Virus record (IMG/VR): IMGVR_UViG_3300045988_146577 | Reading direction: 5' to 3' (one strand) | From: a virus | Lineage: Duplodnaviria; Heunggongvirae; Uroviricota; Caudoviricetes | Length of the DNA stretch: 64,000 bases | Shown here: positions 19,796 through 30,739 of the stretch, piece by piece | Numbering within the stretch: the stretch's first letter is position 1 | Layout: each line of letters begins with the position of its first letter | Notes under the pieces: model-generated | Told to the model about the DNA's origin: nothing | The model's input: the letters and a program-made list of their open reading frames with translations, nothing else | Database searches by the model: none | Made by a program: the position numbers and the translations under genes

Positions 19796-20047
19796 TTAAT
19801 GACGCACCCACTTATCATACAACTCACGATGAACGGCAGAAGCATCTTTCTGACGTATTTTACTGCTCGTCTCATTCACCACTTTCACTGTGTTTTGAAG
19901 TCGTTTTCTGTCTTCCTGTTTTGCCTTCTCTTCCATTGCTCGTCGCGCCGCATTCCCGCCCATCGTGTAAGCGCCGACAAGAACGAAAAGAACGGCAGCC
20001 AGCGTAATCAAAGCAACTTTTAGCTTTGTCATCAGGCTGCCTAGCAT
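19796..20047 (-). CDS. putative spanin / lysis accessory protein
   Basis: 83 aa; N-terminal TM helix then charged coiled-coil-like region; immediately downstream of endolysin-like gene. Confidence 0.4.
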   Translation of the reverse strand: MLGSLMTKLKVALITLAAVLFVLVGAYTMGGNAARRAMEEKAKQEDRKRLQNTVKVVNETSSKIRQKDASAVHRELYDKWVRH

Positions 20048-20048
20048 A

Positions 20049-20768
20049 TTAGACCATCCCTTTCTGGTGTTTTCTTACCTGCGACCAGGCAATGAATCCT
20101 GCCACAACAATAGTGGCAATACCGAAGATGATGCGTACTGTATCCCCGCTAGAGATATGACCTTGTGCTTTATCCATAGCAGCGGAAACCTGCGGCATAA
20201 CATCGGCCAGCTGCGCCAGACCAATACCTGCTGTAACAGTTGCGCCTGCGGTTTCTTTAGTTACAGGAACAGCCTTCACGGTTTTCACCGGCTTAACAAC
20301 GCCAGCTCGACGCAGACCTTCCTCAATAACTTCTGCCGCATACCAGGTGTTCAGCGTTTTTAGCGGACCTCGCCCATTCTCATGGCGAATGATTGCCTCA
20401 ACCAAAGGTCGAAGAATGTCGTAATCATGCAGATCGATAATCATGTCTGCGGTTACACCAACGGCTTTAGACACCTCATTAATGTAGGCGTCAGTATTAT
20501 TTTCATTCGGCGGTGCCCAGCGTTCAATAACTTCACGAATGGTATCGATACTTGAGCCGTCTTTTGCGCGACGTTTGTCGTGGTAGGTAATTAGAGTCAC
20601 CGCCAGCGCACGAATCCCCCAAACAGGGTCTTTAAACGTGCAAAAGCGCGGTTCGTCTGGATTCGCAACCAGACCTTGCCACGGTGATCCTTTATCAAGA
20701 TTACCGGGGTTATTATTACGAATGCCTCTCGGAGTCTTCATCCTTGATCTCCTGTTATTGCAGTCCAT
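20049..20768 (-). CDS. putative endolysin with C-terminal transmembrane segment
   Basis: 239 aa; N-terminal RGIRNNNPGNL motif, C-terminal hydrophobic helix; between holin-like and spanin-like genes. Confidence 0.45.
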   Translation of the reverse strand: MDCNNRRSRMKTPRGIRNNNPGNLDKGSPWQGLVANPDEPRFCTFKDPVWGIRALAVTLITYHDKRRAKDGSSIDTIREVIERWAPPNENNTDAYINEVSKAVGVTADMIIDLHDYDILRPLVEAIIRHENGRGPLKTLNTWYAAEVIEEGLRRAGVVKPVKTVKAVPVTKETAGATVTAGIGLAQLADVMPQVSAAMDKAQGHISSGDTVRIIFGIATIVVAGFIAWSQVRKHQKGMV

Positions 20769-21090
20769 TTTTTACGCCATACGCGGCTAACCCCAAAAGC
20801 AGTGCAGTAATAATGAACGACGTTATTTTAGAAACAATGCCGCCAAAGAACCCACTGGAGATGGAATCTAACCGGTTAAGGAGTTTGTCCAGATTGGAGT
20901 GTTGAATACTATGTTGCGCCGGGGTCATATCACCAAAGTAGGTTTTCAGCTGATCATTGACCTCCTGGCCAATTTCTTCACGTAGCTCTTTACCTAATTT
21001 ACCAACAACCTCCCGAGCAACGATCGCGGCAATACGCTCAACTTGCTCTGTTGTAACGCCCGCCATCTCGTTCGACATGTTTTCCTCCAT
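20755..21090 (-). CDS. putative holin
   Basis: 111 aa; C-terminal TM helix FGGIVSKITSFIITALLLGLAAYGV; first gene of cassette. Confidence 0.45.
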   Translation of the reverse strand: MEENMSNEMAGVTTEQVERIAAIVAREVVGKLGKELREEIGQEVNDQLKTYFGDMTPAQHSIQHSNLDKLLNRLDSISSGFFGGIVSKITSFIITALLLGLAAYGVKNGLQ

Positions 21091-21280
21091 GAAAAGTCAA
21101 ATCGGGATGGCGGATTTATATCACATTTCACCCTTTTGTTGTAGGTGTGTACTTACCTATCTATGTATATACCGTTTAACGGCTGTTCAAATTCGTATCT
21201 AGTAACTCACTAATATATCCCTATGATTGCGGCTGTGAGATCGCATTTTAAACCTCACAGCCATATAAATAATGTCTAAA

Positions 21281-24200
21281 TCAGTTACTTGTTGCCCCAA
21301 CAGTACCGGCAAATTTCAGCCATTGACCTGACGGACTTCTATTACTGCGGTAGTGATAAACGAGGATTGCGTTTGTCACTCCACCGTAATCAGCTTTATG
21401 TGACGTTGTTAAACGAATTGTATAATCACCGTTAGGTAGATTAAAAACTTCGATTATAGATTCTGCTAATTCTACAGCACCAAATCCCGTTATATTGTTG
21501 ATACTGCCAGCATTGAATCCCATAGCATCGCCAAAGCCAATCCAATATCTTTTGCTAAACGCCCCATTTGATTTAAGGTGGCTAATGAATGTGGACAAAC
21601 TCATGCCCATATCCCCACCTGAAATAGAGGAAGTTCGCACAGTCATGCTTGGAAGAGCACTGCTCTTCACATAGGAACTTAGAAGATTCGTTACCTCTGT
21701 TTTCGTATAAGCATTAAGGTTAGCCGCAGTCAAAGTAATATCGGCAGAGCCATCAAACGCCACACCAGCAATTTTCCTTGCTGTCTGCAATTTTGTGGCG
21801 GTTGCAGCATTACCAGTAGTGTTCTGGTTCCCATCTGCATTCACACCTGGGATGCTGTCTTTTTTAGTATATATCTGAGTCCAGTCCTCTTCGAACCCAT
21901 AGCCATCACGTGATGAACGGTAATACAATCCACCATTTTTATAATGCGCTCGGATTTGGAGAGTCCGACAACTACCTACGCCTATATAAAAATTTGCAAC
22001 GATATAAGAATCCCCGGAGCGTGTAACATTATACGCACCTGATTCGGCATTCCACGGGACCGCACCACTAGTATCGGCATAAGTTCCAGTAGCGCGTCGA
22101 GCAAAAGCAGATACATTTGCAGCTGTTAGTGTTATATCAGCAGAACCATCAAAAGACACGCCGCTTATTTTTCTAGCAGTTTGCAACTTCGTAGCTGTTG
22201 AAGCATTACCGTTCAAACTACCATTTACGCCACCAGTAACATTTAGTCCATTACCAATGGACACAGCACCGCTGGTATTATTAATTGTAATAGGTCGCAA
22301 ACCGTTCCATGAACCTAATGTGTTTCCTGATGCTGTTAGCATGAAATATGTGTTCGATCCATCATTACGGATAAAGAACCCAAAGCTACCGTAAGCAATG
22401 CGGAAACCATTTGCATATTTTGAAACGATCTCACCAGAAGACGTTAATCCGCCAGTTAACGCTCCTCCAGATAGTGGTAAAGCTCCGACATCAGCCGCAG
22501 TAGGCTTGTTTTTAGTGTTATACGCTCTGCGCCATCCTGGTGAATAGCTCGTCCCGTTAAATACATAGATAAACTCCGCATTAGTGAGAGCACCAGAGAC
22601 ACTCGTCGTTGTGGCCGTTGTTATACGGATCGTATAATTGTTTGAGCTACTACCGTTATTAAATACCTCAATAACTGCGCCAGCCAGTGGAATAATGCCG
22701 CATCCTGTTTCGCTGTCTGGTATGGATGCACTATTTGCATACGCCCAAGCACAACGCGCTATCCATGCCTTTGCATTAAAAGCACCATTATTTTGCAATA
22801 ACGTCACTAACTGTGCTGTTGTTATTGCTCCGCCATTACTTCCTGTAGTTAACCAACCAGTAGGAGATGCCGGGCAACCTATATTTGTTGGCGACAAGGA
22901 AATATTTGCCGAGCCGTCAAACGACACCCCATTGATAGTACGCGCAGTCTGCAACTTCGTAGCAGTAGCCGCGTTGCCCGTTGTATTCTGATTACCAGTC
23001 GTATTAACACCTGGCAAATTAATATTCGCAGTACCATCAAAGCTCACGCCGCCGATAGTTCTTGCCGTCTGAAGTTTTGTAGCAGTTGCAGCATTACCAG
23101 TGGTGTTCTGATTACCCGTAGTATTTACACCTGGAAGGTTGATATTTGCAGAACCGTCGAAACCAACTCCACCGATAGATCTTGCCGTCTGCAATTTCGT
23201 TGCTGTACTTGCATTACCATTTAATGTTCCGGTGATCCCACCAGTAACAGACAACGGACCTGAAACTGTTCCTCCGGTTGTTGGCAGTGCTCCAATATCT
23301 AACGGCGTCGGTTTCTGATGTGTGCTATACATCGTATAAACAACACCATCGGTAACGCTGGAAGGCTTACTAGCTGAATATGTTGGCGATGTATAAATAG
23401 AAACTGTCGCATTTGCAGTACAATCCCAATGGATATTTACACGAGTCGCATAATTGCCAATCTCAACGTAAATATCATATGTATCGCCGGATGTGTTGAT
23501 CCAGGCGAAATTCGTTAATCCGACAGCTGTACGCTTCCACAAAGCACCTGTAATCCCTTTGGGGTTTCCATTGCCTGCTCGTAGAACCAGTTCTGAAATG
23601 CCTGCCTGATGTGGGGAGCCGACGTTGTAACCAGCGCCACCAATCAATGCGATGTAAACGATGGAACTCGCTTGTGGCATTGTAACAGTAGCCAGTTTGA
23701 ACCACCCGGCCCCGCCAGAGAAAGACATCGTTATTGAATTTAAAGTACCAATATCTTTCGGCGTTAATGTGATATCCGCAGTCAGTGCTTTACCGTTAAC
23801 TTTTCGGTTAGATGGCACCCTGCTATTCGCATTGTCATTGGCTGCTTTAACTGCTTTTGGCGTTGCGGCCAGCGATTCACTGGTGCTATCAACAGCACTG
23901 CTAAGTTTCACAACACCTTTAGTTGTAAGGCTTGCGTCTTCCATCGCAACTGCACCGGCAATCTCTTCAGCACGATCAGCAGCAGCTTCCGCACGGGTCG
24001 CAGCGGATTCAGCAGCAGTTTTGCTCTGAGATGCTGCCGTCGCACTGCCTGCCGCCTCTGTCGCCTTCGTGGATGCTGTCGTGGCGCTGCCCTTCGCTGC
24101 GGACGCTTGTCTGGTCGCCTCATCTTTTGAAGCAGACGCCGATGATGCCGATGACGCCGCCGAACTGGCGGACGATGCGGCAGCCGTTTTTGAGGATTCT

Positions 24201-25306
24201 GCGCTGGTTTCCGACGCTTTCGCGTTCGTTTCGGATGTCTTCGCTGCGGAAGCTGACCTCGCTGCTGCGCTGGCCTGTTCAGTGGCTTCGCCAGCCTTCG
24301 TTGTGGCTGTTGAAGCGGATGATGCGGCGCTTTCTGCCGATTTTCCGGCGGCGGTGGCACTGGCTGAGGCCTGCCCGGCACTTGTTGACGCGGCACTGGC
24401 AGACGACGCAGCCGCTGTTTTTGAGCCTGCCGCAGCTGAGGCGCTCTGTCCCGCTGCCGTCTCAGAAGACCTGGCGTTCGCCTCGGACTTTTTTGCCGCC
24501 TTCGCGGAATTTCCTGCCGCCGTTGCCGAGGAAGCGGCACTACTGGCGCTCGAGGATGCGTTCGTTTCTGATGATTTCGCTGCCTCTTTTGAGGCCGCCG
24601 CATCCCGGGCTGAGGTGGCAGCTTCTGACGCCTTCGTGGTCGCGGTGGATGCAGAAGTGGCTGCAGATTTTTGTGACGCTGCAGCATTCGTTTCAGACGT
24701 TTTCGCGGCACCGGCACTGGTGGCCGCCGCGCTTTTTGAGGACTCTGCAGCGGATGCACTTTGAGACGCTTGAGAGGCTTTTTCTCCAGCGGTATTGGCG
24801 CTTTCTGCTGCTGCGGCAGCACTGGCCGCCGCCTCACGAGCTTTGTCGCCAGCAGCATCAATCGCGTCAGTGTTATTTTTATACCACTCAACGTTTTCGT
24901 TGTGCTCGTTGACGATCTGCATTAGCGGCTTAACGGTCACTTCTGTACCGTCTTCACGCTCGATTGTCACCTCATCCAGAGCAGTCAACCAACTGCGCAT
25001 GGACTTGGAATCAGCCGACATACGCGACATTAGTGCTGTAAAGCGCGCGCTAAACTGTGTTAAGTCGCCTTCATAGGTCGTAATGATTCGGCACGGAACT
25101 TCAGACTGAGTTTCGCCGGTATAAGGTTCTGAGAGAACAATGTTCGTATCGCTTATTACGCGCTTGATCTCATACAGCTTATTGTCGGGGCCAATGACGA
25201 TCATCCCCGGCAACACACCATTAGCTGTTACGTTCCAGGCTGTCCCTGCCCCAACCAGAGTATTGCTACCCTGTGTAAATGTGATAGTACCTTCCCTGTA
25301 CCACAT
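21281..25306 (-). CDS. stf: side tail fibre protein (lambda Stf-like) with Ala/Ser-rich repeat region and tail-fibre repeats
   Basis: 1341 aa; long ETNA...ASxSA low-complexity stretch; multiple GNAATATKLQTAR...GVxFDGSA repeats. Confidence 0.85.
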   Translation of the reverse strand: MWYREGTITFTQGSNTLVGAGTAWNVTANGVLPGMIVIGPDNKLYEIKRVISDTNIVLSEPYTGETQSEVPCRIITTYEGDLTQFSARFTALMSRMSADSKSMRSWLTALDEVTIEREDGTEVTVKPLMQIVNEHNENVEWYKNNTDAIDAAGDKAREAAASAAAAAESANTAGEKASQASQSASAAESSKSAAATSAGAAKTSETNAAASQKSAATSASTATTKASEAATSARDAAASKEAAKSSETNASSSASSAASSATAAGNSAKAAKKSEANARSSETAAGQSASAAAGSKTAAASSASAASTSAGQASASATAAGKSAESAASSASTATTKAGEATEQASAAARSASAAKTSETNAKASETSAESSKTAAASSASSAASSASSASASKDEATRQASAAKGSATTASTKATEAAGSATAASQSKTAAESAATRAEAAADRAEEIAGAVAMEDASLTTKGVVKLSSAVDSTSESLAATPKAVKAANDNANSRVPSNRKVNGKALTADITLTPKDIGTLNSITMSFSGGAGWFKLATVTMPQASSIVYIALIGGAGYNVGSPHQAGISELVLRAGNGNPKGITGALWKRTAVGLTNFAWINTSGDTYDIYVEIGNYATRVNIHWDCTANATVSIYTSPTYSASKPSSVTDGVVYTMYSTHQKPTPLDIGALPTTGGTVSGPLSVTGGITGTLNGNASTATKLQTARSIGGVGFDGSANINLPGVNTTGNQNTTGNAATATKLQTARTIGGVSFDGTANINLPGVNTTGNQNTTGNAATATKLQTARTINGVSFDGSANISLSPTNIGCPASPTGWLTTGSNGGAITTAQLVTLLQNNGAFNAKAWIARCAWAYANSASIPDSETGCGIIPLAGAVIEVFNNGSSSNNYTIRITTATTTSVSGALTNAEFIYVFNGTSYSPGWRRAYNTKNKPTAADVGALPLSGGALTGGLTSSGEIVSKYANGFRIAYGSFGFFIRNDGSNTYFMLTASGNTLGSWNGLRPITINNTSGAVSIGNGLNVTGGVNGSLNGNASTATKLQTARKISGVSFDGSADITLTAANVSAFARRATGTYADTSGAVPWNAESGAYNVTRSGDSYIVANFYIGVGSCRTLQIRAHYKNGGLYYRSSRDGYGFEEDWTQIYTKKDSIPGVNADGNQNTTGNAATATKLQTARKIAGVAFDGSADITLTAANLNAYTKTEVTNLLSSYVKSSALPSMTVRTSSISGGDMGMSLSTFISHLKSNGAFSKRYWIGFGDAMGFNAGSINNITGFGAVELAESIIEVFNLPNGDYTIRLTTSHKADYGGVTNAILVYHYRSNRSPSGQWLKFAGTVGATSN

Positions 25307-25399
25307 GTTGAATATGCTCCTTGATTTGGCGGGCTATCCTTGCCCGCCATTAAGTAAATACTTACCTATTTTTACCGATATAAAATTTTTTTTCCACCA

Positions 25400-28300
25400 T
25401 CACAGACGGCCAATTCTTACTCGTAGGACGTTGTTATCGTCATAAACGTCAATCCGCTGACCATTTATAACCAATCGCCCATTGCCGCCGCTATTACCGT
25501 TGATCTCAAGCGTTCCATTTTTGCCGAACCGCCATCCAGATCTACCGCTAACAAAATTGGTAGATTGCAGATCGCCTACTTTTGCATTGGTGATTGTGCC
25601 ATCCTTGATATACGCTCCATTCATATAGGCGATACTGTTTTCGATAACAAATGGCGTTGTGATCTTCCCGTTAACAGAGTTGACCAAACCAAACCTGTCC
25701 GCCTGAACCAAAAACTGAGATAGCCCAGTGGTGTCAATACCAAGAGCAATACCGGCAACATACTTCTGCCCTCCGCTCGTTGAAGTCTCCATTTTCAACG
25801 TCCACGCGGTTGAGACTTTTTTGTTGGTATCAGCAATGGCTGTTGCCTGCTGTTGAATTGTCGCGGTATTTCCATCCACCTCTGCTTTCAGAGTATCGAT
25901 TCGCCCACTTAGAGCATTATCTGCCTGCGTTCTCGCTGTCGTTTCAGTTGTGACCGCCGCAGAAATGTTGGCTGCCGTTTGAGACTCTAAGTTTGTGATT
26001 TGAGTCGCCAGTGCCGCATCTTGCTCTGTACGCGTTTTCGTTTCGGTTGCTACAGCCGCTTTAATATCCTCTTTGTATTGAGAGGTCAGCTTGGTGATCT
26101 GAGACGACAACGCCGAGTCAGCATCAGTTCGAGCCTGCGTTTCAACTGCAACGGCCGCACTAATATCTTTCGCAGTCTGTGCTTTTAAACTTGAAACCTC
26201 TTTTGTTAAAGCGGTATCACCATCTGCACGAGCCGTTGTTTCTCTGGCAAGAGATGCCTCAAGATCATTAGCTTTTGCTGTAAGAGACGTAATCTGAGTG
26301 GACAATGCACTATCGGCATCAGTCCTTGCCTTTGTCTCTACAGCAACCGCTGCGGCAATATCAGTTCCGGTCTGTGCTCGCAGGCTGTTAATTTCTCGTG
26401 AGAGCGCCTGGTCAGCACTTGCCCTGGCCTCCTGCTCCTGAGTGATGGCAGCGGATATATCACCGTCAACCTTTGACTGAAGCTGGTTTATTTGTTTGGC
26501 TAACGCAGAGTCCCCGCTTGCTCGAGCCTCCTGCTCACTACGTATTGCAGCAGAAATATCATCATCAACCTTTGCCTGAAGTTGTGTGATCTGGCTTGCC
26601 AGAGCCGAATCTTCCGTTGCTCGGGCTTCTTGCTCTTCCTTAATAGCTGCGACGATATCGTTGCTTACTTTCGACTCAAGCTGAGTGATCTGTGTCGTCA
26701 GAGCTTCATCGGCAGATGTACGAGCCTCCTGCTCTGTACTAATCGCCGCGCTGATATCTCCTTCAAACTTAGATTGCAGCTGAGTGACACGCTTTGCCAA
26801 CGCTTCATCGCCATCGGCACGAGCGGTGGACTCTTCCAGAATACTGGCCTTAATGTCTTCGCCAATTTCTACGCGAATTTCCTCAACCTTCGTGGCCATT
26901 GCAGACATATCATCAGCAAAGGTTTTCTGTGTTGTTGCGATCTTCGCGTTATTGACCATCTGCTTGTGCTGGTCTTCATCTTGACGAAGAGCCAGGTCAA
27001 TATTTGTTTTGGCCAACGCCTCAATGTTCGTAGTCAGTTCTGCACTGGCACGATCGACCTCTGCAACCGTCTTTTTCATTTCTTCAACGGCAGCGGAGCT
27101 TTCCTCTACCGTTGACTGCAACACTTCCAGTTGTTTAGCGTTTGCAGCATCGCCTTCAACACGAGCCTCGCTTTCCTTAGCAATAAGAGCCGCCGCTTCA
27201 TCTCTTGCAGCCTTTATTGCCTCGACTGTATTAGCGAGAGCTTTATCGTGTTCAGATACGGTGTTTTCGATTTCAACAATTGCAGCATCAGTAGCATCAA
27301 TTTTTTCAAACGCTTCATTGACCTTGTCGATCGTTGCCGAAACCTCACCTTTAAGCTCGGTTTGTGCGTTCTCCAAAGCATCGCTACGCTCGTTGAATTT
27401 TATTTCAAAATCCGCGAGGTTATCGCTGAACTGCTTATCTAATTCAGCTATATCTTCCTTAACGTCGTTTACCGACCCCTCCAAAGATTCGACGCTCTGG
27501 TTGATATGCTCATTTAACTCGTCAACTGCTTCTTGAGAGGCTTTGCTGTTGATGTCCTCAAGCAGAGCCTGACCAAGCTCGGAAGATGTAATTTTGCCAG
27601 TCAGGAACGACAGTACATCGCGAGTTGTCGCCTCTGTACCCAAGTTTGAGTTCGGAGGACTTAACATACCTCGCTTGTTCGATGCTCGAACCCAGTAATA
27701 CCACGTTTCGCTATCCCCAAGACCAGCATGTGTAAAGGTGGTGCTTGCAGACTCTGCGATCAGTTTCGCCGTATCCAGATTGTTGGTCTGGGATGCGTAA
27801 ACATTAATGTGATCAAGGTCTACCGAATCTGGATTAACCCAATTCAGTATCACATTACGATAGTCTCCAACGGCCGTTAATGACGTTGGTGCATCCGGCG
27901 GTGTCATTGTGCCCAGCACCTGATAAACGGCACTGATAATTTCTGTTTTTTTACCGTTGAATGAAACCGCATACAGTTGGAAGTCGTAGCGTCCATTCTC
28001 CGCGACATTAACGATTTCGTATTGCTCTTCGGTTACACGCGCCGATTGCCAGTTCGATACATTGTTTTCATCAGAACGTCGCCAACTGATCCAATACTCT
28101 GGAGATTTCCCTTCCCATGTTGCAGTCAGTTTTACTGACAGGTTGCCAGGGCTTGAGAGATAAGTCCCTTCGGTGATTTGCAAATTAGACGGCTTGGAGT
28201 AAGTCGGGTCCAATACCGTCGTATTTTGCGGGATAAGCGTTGCACCATTGTCGATCGCCTCATATTTAGACGGATTGTTCTCAACAGCGGTGATGTCAAA

Positions 28301-30133
28301 GCTACCCGGCGTTTCCCCCTGCGCGATGTTAACGATGCGAACGCGCATAGGTTCGAGGTCTGGTTCTGTAATAGTCCAGACGCCGTTCAAAACAGGCGTT
28401 TCAGCCGAAGACAGGGATTTTGAAAACGTAACTTTTGTTATATTTTCGCCAGTTTCAAGAACATCGCGTTCAACGATTTTGCCTTCCTGATTCAGTATTC
28501 GAATAAAGCAGCCGCCTTTGGCTAACGACACCGGCGCATCGAGTGTGACGCTGTTTTTGGTAAACGCCACAATTCGACCTGAGTTACGTTTGCCTGCGCG
28601 ATATTTGTTCTGAATCAGAACGGTTTCACCAGGCATCAGAAATGACGCGTCTAAGCCGGCAGTAAATGTAATTACATCCGACTCCATTCTGGCGGTATAT
28701 AAAAGCCACAAACCAACTCGGTGAGCCTGCCCTCGGCTTGTACAGCCAAATGCTACGACTTCTGTCTTACGCTCACCATAACGGCGCATTGCGTCCTGAT
28801 CTTCAACGTACTCGATGTTTTGCTTATAACCGTCCTCCTTGTTGTTGTAGGTTACGAGCGCAACGGATGGGCGATCTTTACGCGCAGAACCTTTATAGGT
28901 AAACAATCCATCTTTGACGTTAGAGTTGGTAAACATCATTACCGGATCTGATGGGCTATCCTGCATGATGTTAACCATCCCACCAGCCCAAAACACCATG
29001 CCGCGGAATGCTCCAGCAATATCCTGAATTAGTCGGTATGCGTCCTGTCGACTGGTGATCTGCGTATTGATTGCAAAGCGTTTCTCTTTGCCACCAAAGC
29101 CATCATCGACCTCTTCGTCACAATATCGACCAATCTGGTACAACTGGCCAAGGTCAATCATAGATTCCGACACATACTGACCAAGGCCATATCGAGCATT
29201 GGTCAGCAAATCAAAGAGAATCCACGCGGGGTTCGAAGAAGACAACAGCTTAAAAGTGCCATCCCATACCCCAGCGTAAGTGTTACTGGACTCGTTATAG
29301 TTTGAAGGTACTCGAATTTTTAGGCCACGCACCAGATAAGAGCGAGATGGCATGGTGCTGCCGAATTGCTCAGAGTTTACCTTCAATCCAACTAAAACAG
29401 AGTTTGGATAGTTCATCGGTGTATCGACAATTTCCCCGATTGAATCCACCCATGTATCGTTATAGAGATACTGGCTACTGTTATCATCGGTAATACGGAC
29501 TACACGAACCTTGTATGCGCGTCCAGGCTTAGGCAGCTTCAGCTCGTAGCTACGGTAATAAACGCCGGTCTTCTTTGCTGTTAGCTTAATGCCAACGCTT
29601 TTTTCACCTTCCGCGACCACATCTACAAATGTTGAGTCGCCATTTGCTATCTGGAACTTGTACTCAACAGTCGTACCGTTCGTGTCACCAGTTTTTTTAT
29701 CTATGCTTCGCAAAGAAGGAAACTTCATGATGACACGAACCCGATCAGCTTCATCGTTATCGATTGAAACCGTTACATAATGTGTTTTTTTTAACTGGAT
29801 ATTGACGGATTTAGGCGTTTCAACGAAATCAAAGCCAGACATTGGAGTTTGGTCTTGCGAACCGTCGCGAAAATCCCATGTGATTCCGCTGAAGTTGGAG
29901 GAACCGTCTTCATTTACAATCGGCAGATCGTCGATAAAAATAGATCTTGCGCCATTTACCAAGCCGCCAATTACACCTTCCCCAAGAAGATCGAGGATAG
30001 CGGCCATTGCACGAGAATTTACGGTATCGTCGGCTTCAACCGGTGTACGGCTAGAGCTTTTGCTGCTTTTTTTACCACCCGCACCTGCAATAAACAGCGG
30101 TAACTTTTTCTTCTTGAACTGTTCCATGTTCAA
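25400..30133 (-). CDS. host-specificity / central tail fibre protein (lambda J-like) with expanded coiled-coil repeat insert
   Basis: 1577 aa; J-like N-terminus and C-terminal QKYVAGIALGID...SQFLV motif; residues ~950-1400 are tandem ~27-aa heptad-like repeats. Confidence 0.85.
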   Translation of the reverse strand: MNMEQFKKKKLPLFIAGAGGKKSSKSSSRTPVEADDTVNSRAMAAILDLLGEGVIGGLVNGARSIFIDDLPIVNEDGSSNFSGITWDFRDGSQDQTPMSGFDFVETPKSVNIQLKKTHYVTVSIDNDEADRVRVIMKFPSLRSIDKKTGDTNGTTVEYKFQIANGDSTFVDVVAEGEKSVGIKLTAKKTGVYYRSYELKLPKPGRAYKVRVVRITDDNSSQYLYNDTWVDSIGEIVDTPMNYPNSVLVGLKVNSEQFGSTMPSRSYLVRGLKIRVPSNYNESSNTYAGVWDGTFKLLSSSNPAWILFDLLTNARYGLGQYVSESMIDLGQLYQIGRYCDEEVDDGFGGKEKRFAINTQITSRQDAYRLIQDIAGAFRGMVFWAGGMVNIMQDSPSDPVMMFTNSNVKDGLFTYKGSARKDRPSVALVTYNNKEDGYKQNIEYVEDQDAMRRYGERKTEVVAFGCTSRGQAHRVGLWLLYTARMESDVITFTAGLDASFLMPGETVLIQNKYRAGKRNSGRIVAFTKNSVTLDAPVSLAKGGCFIRILNQEGKIVERDVLETGENITKVTFSKSLSSAETPVLNGVWTITEPDLEPMRVRIVNIAQGETPGSFDITAVENNPSKYEAIDNGATLIPQNTTVLDPTYSKPSNLQITEGTYLSSPGNLSVKLTATWEGKSPEYWISWRRSDENNVSNWQSARVTEEQYEIVNVAENGRYDFQLYAVSFNGKKTEIISAVYQVLGTMTPPDAPTSLTAVGDYRNVILNWVNPDSVDLDHINVYASQTNNLDTAKLIAESASTTFTHAGLGDSETWYYWVRASNKRGMLSPPNSNLGTEATTRDVLSFLTGKITSSELGQALLEDINSKASQEAVDELNEHINQSVESLEGSVNDVKEDIAELDKQFSDNLADFEIKFNERSDALENAQTELKGEVSATIDKVNEAFEKIDATDAAIVEIENTVSEHDKALANTVEAIKAARDEAAALIAKESEARVEGDAANAKQLEVLQSTVEESSAAVEEMKKTVAEVDRASAELTTNIEALAKTNIDLALRQDEDQHKQMVNNAKIATTQKTFADDMSAMATKVEEIRVEIGEDIKASILEESTARADGDEALAKRVTQLQSKFEGDISAAISTEQEARTSADEALTTQITQLESKVSNDIVAAIKEEQEARATEDSALASQITQLQAKVDDDISAAIRSEQEARASGDSALAKQINQLQSKVDGDISAAITQEQEARASADQALSREINSLRAQTGTDIAAAVAVETKARTDADSALSTQITSLTAKANDLEASLARETTARADGDTALTKEVSSLKAQTAKDISAAVAVETQARTDADSALSSQITKLTSQYKEDIKAAVATETKTRTEQDAALATQITNLESQTAANISAAVTTETTARTQADNALSGRIDTLKAEVDGNTATIQQQATAIADTNKKVSTAWTLKMETSTSGGQKYVAGIALGIDTTGLSQFLVQADRFGLVNSVNGKITTPFVIENSIAYMNGAYIKDGTITNAKVGDLQSTNFVSGRSGWRFGKNGTLEINGNSGGNGRLVINGQRIDVYDDNNVLRVRIGRL

Positions 30134-30145
30134 AAAAATCCTTGT

Positions 30146-30739
30146 TTACATTAGCTGGTCAATCGTGATTGAAGAACTCACAACCTGTGAGCCAACCAGA
30201 ATTTCCTCGCCGTAGATAAGTTGTACTGGGTTTCCCTGGTTTTCTGTATTTTGAGGGCCGTCGAAATAATATGAGTTCGAATTATCCGCTTGCCTCACAC
30301 TTTCGTTAGTGGCTTGCGGCGATATGATTTGTGATATACCGCCCATCATCAGTGACAAACCGAGAGGTGCTAAAGCAGGCATCATTACCGCCGATACAAC
30401 CAACAAAGCGGCCCCTACTACCGTCTGAAACCACCCAAAAGCAGATCCGCCGCTCCCTCGCGGAACAGGGGTAATGCGTATTTTGGCAATGTTGTCAGAC
30501 TGCCCCATCATCTGATATTCACTCTCGTCCACAGACCACTTGTGACCCTGTTTATTGGTGATCTGGATGTGGTATCTGTCATAGGTTTTGATGTTGCGCT
30601 TCATCCATGCTTTAAACCCAGGCTTGTTAGCCTCAATTAAATCCAGAGCCTGTTTTGTATTACGCACCTTTAGATGCCAGTGGCGGCCAAAATGTTTGGC
30701 CATAGGGCCGCCAAGCTGCACATGAACTAACTCAGACAC
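30146..30739 (-). CDS. tail assembly protein (lambda I-like)
   Basis: 197 aa; Gly/Ala-rich hydrophobic middle and conserved C-terminal YGE..VGS motif; position between K and J. Confidence 0.8.
   Translation of the reverse strand: MSELVHVQLGGPMAKHFGRHWHLKVRNTKQALDLIEANKPGFKAWMKRNIKTYDRYHIQITNKQGHKWSVDESEYQMMGQSDNIAKIRITPVPRGSGGSAFGWFQTVVGAALLVVSAVMMPALAPLGLSLMMGGISQIISPQATNESVRQADNSNSYYFDGPQNTENQGNPVQLIYGEEILVGSQVVSSSITIDQLM

Noticed and set aside
23908-24912. Long ORFs in alternative frames and on the opposite strand inside the side tail fibre gene (23908-24891 minus; 23932-24912 and 24069-24764 plus)
   Set aside because: They lie within the GC-rich Ala/Ser repeat region; their translations are Arg/Pro/Gln- or Ala/Asp-rich low complexity, consistent with frame artefacts of a repetitive coding region.
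25900-27300. Possible CRISPR array suggested by regular nucleotide repeats
   Set aside because: The periodicity is in-frame protein repeats within the J-like gene, with no spacer-like unique segments and no cas genes; the iterons and duplicated terminators likewise lack CRISPR architecture.
26000-27536. Plus-strand ORFs within the J-like gene coiled-coil repeat region
   Set aside because: Antisense to a well-supported long gene; Cys/Ser-rich low-complexity translations produced by the tandem repeats.
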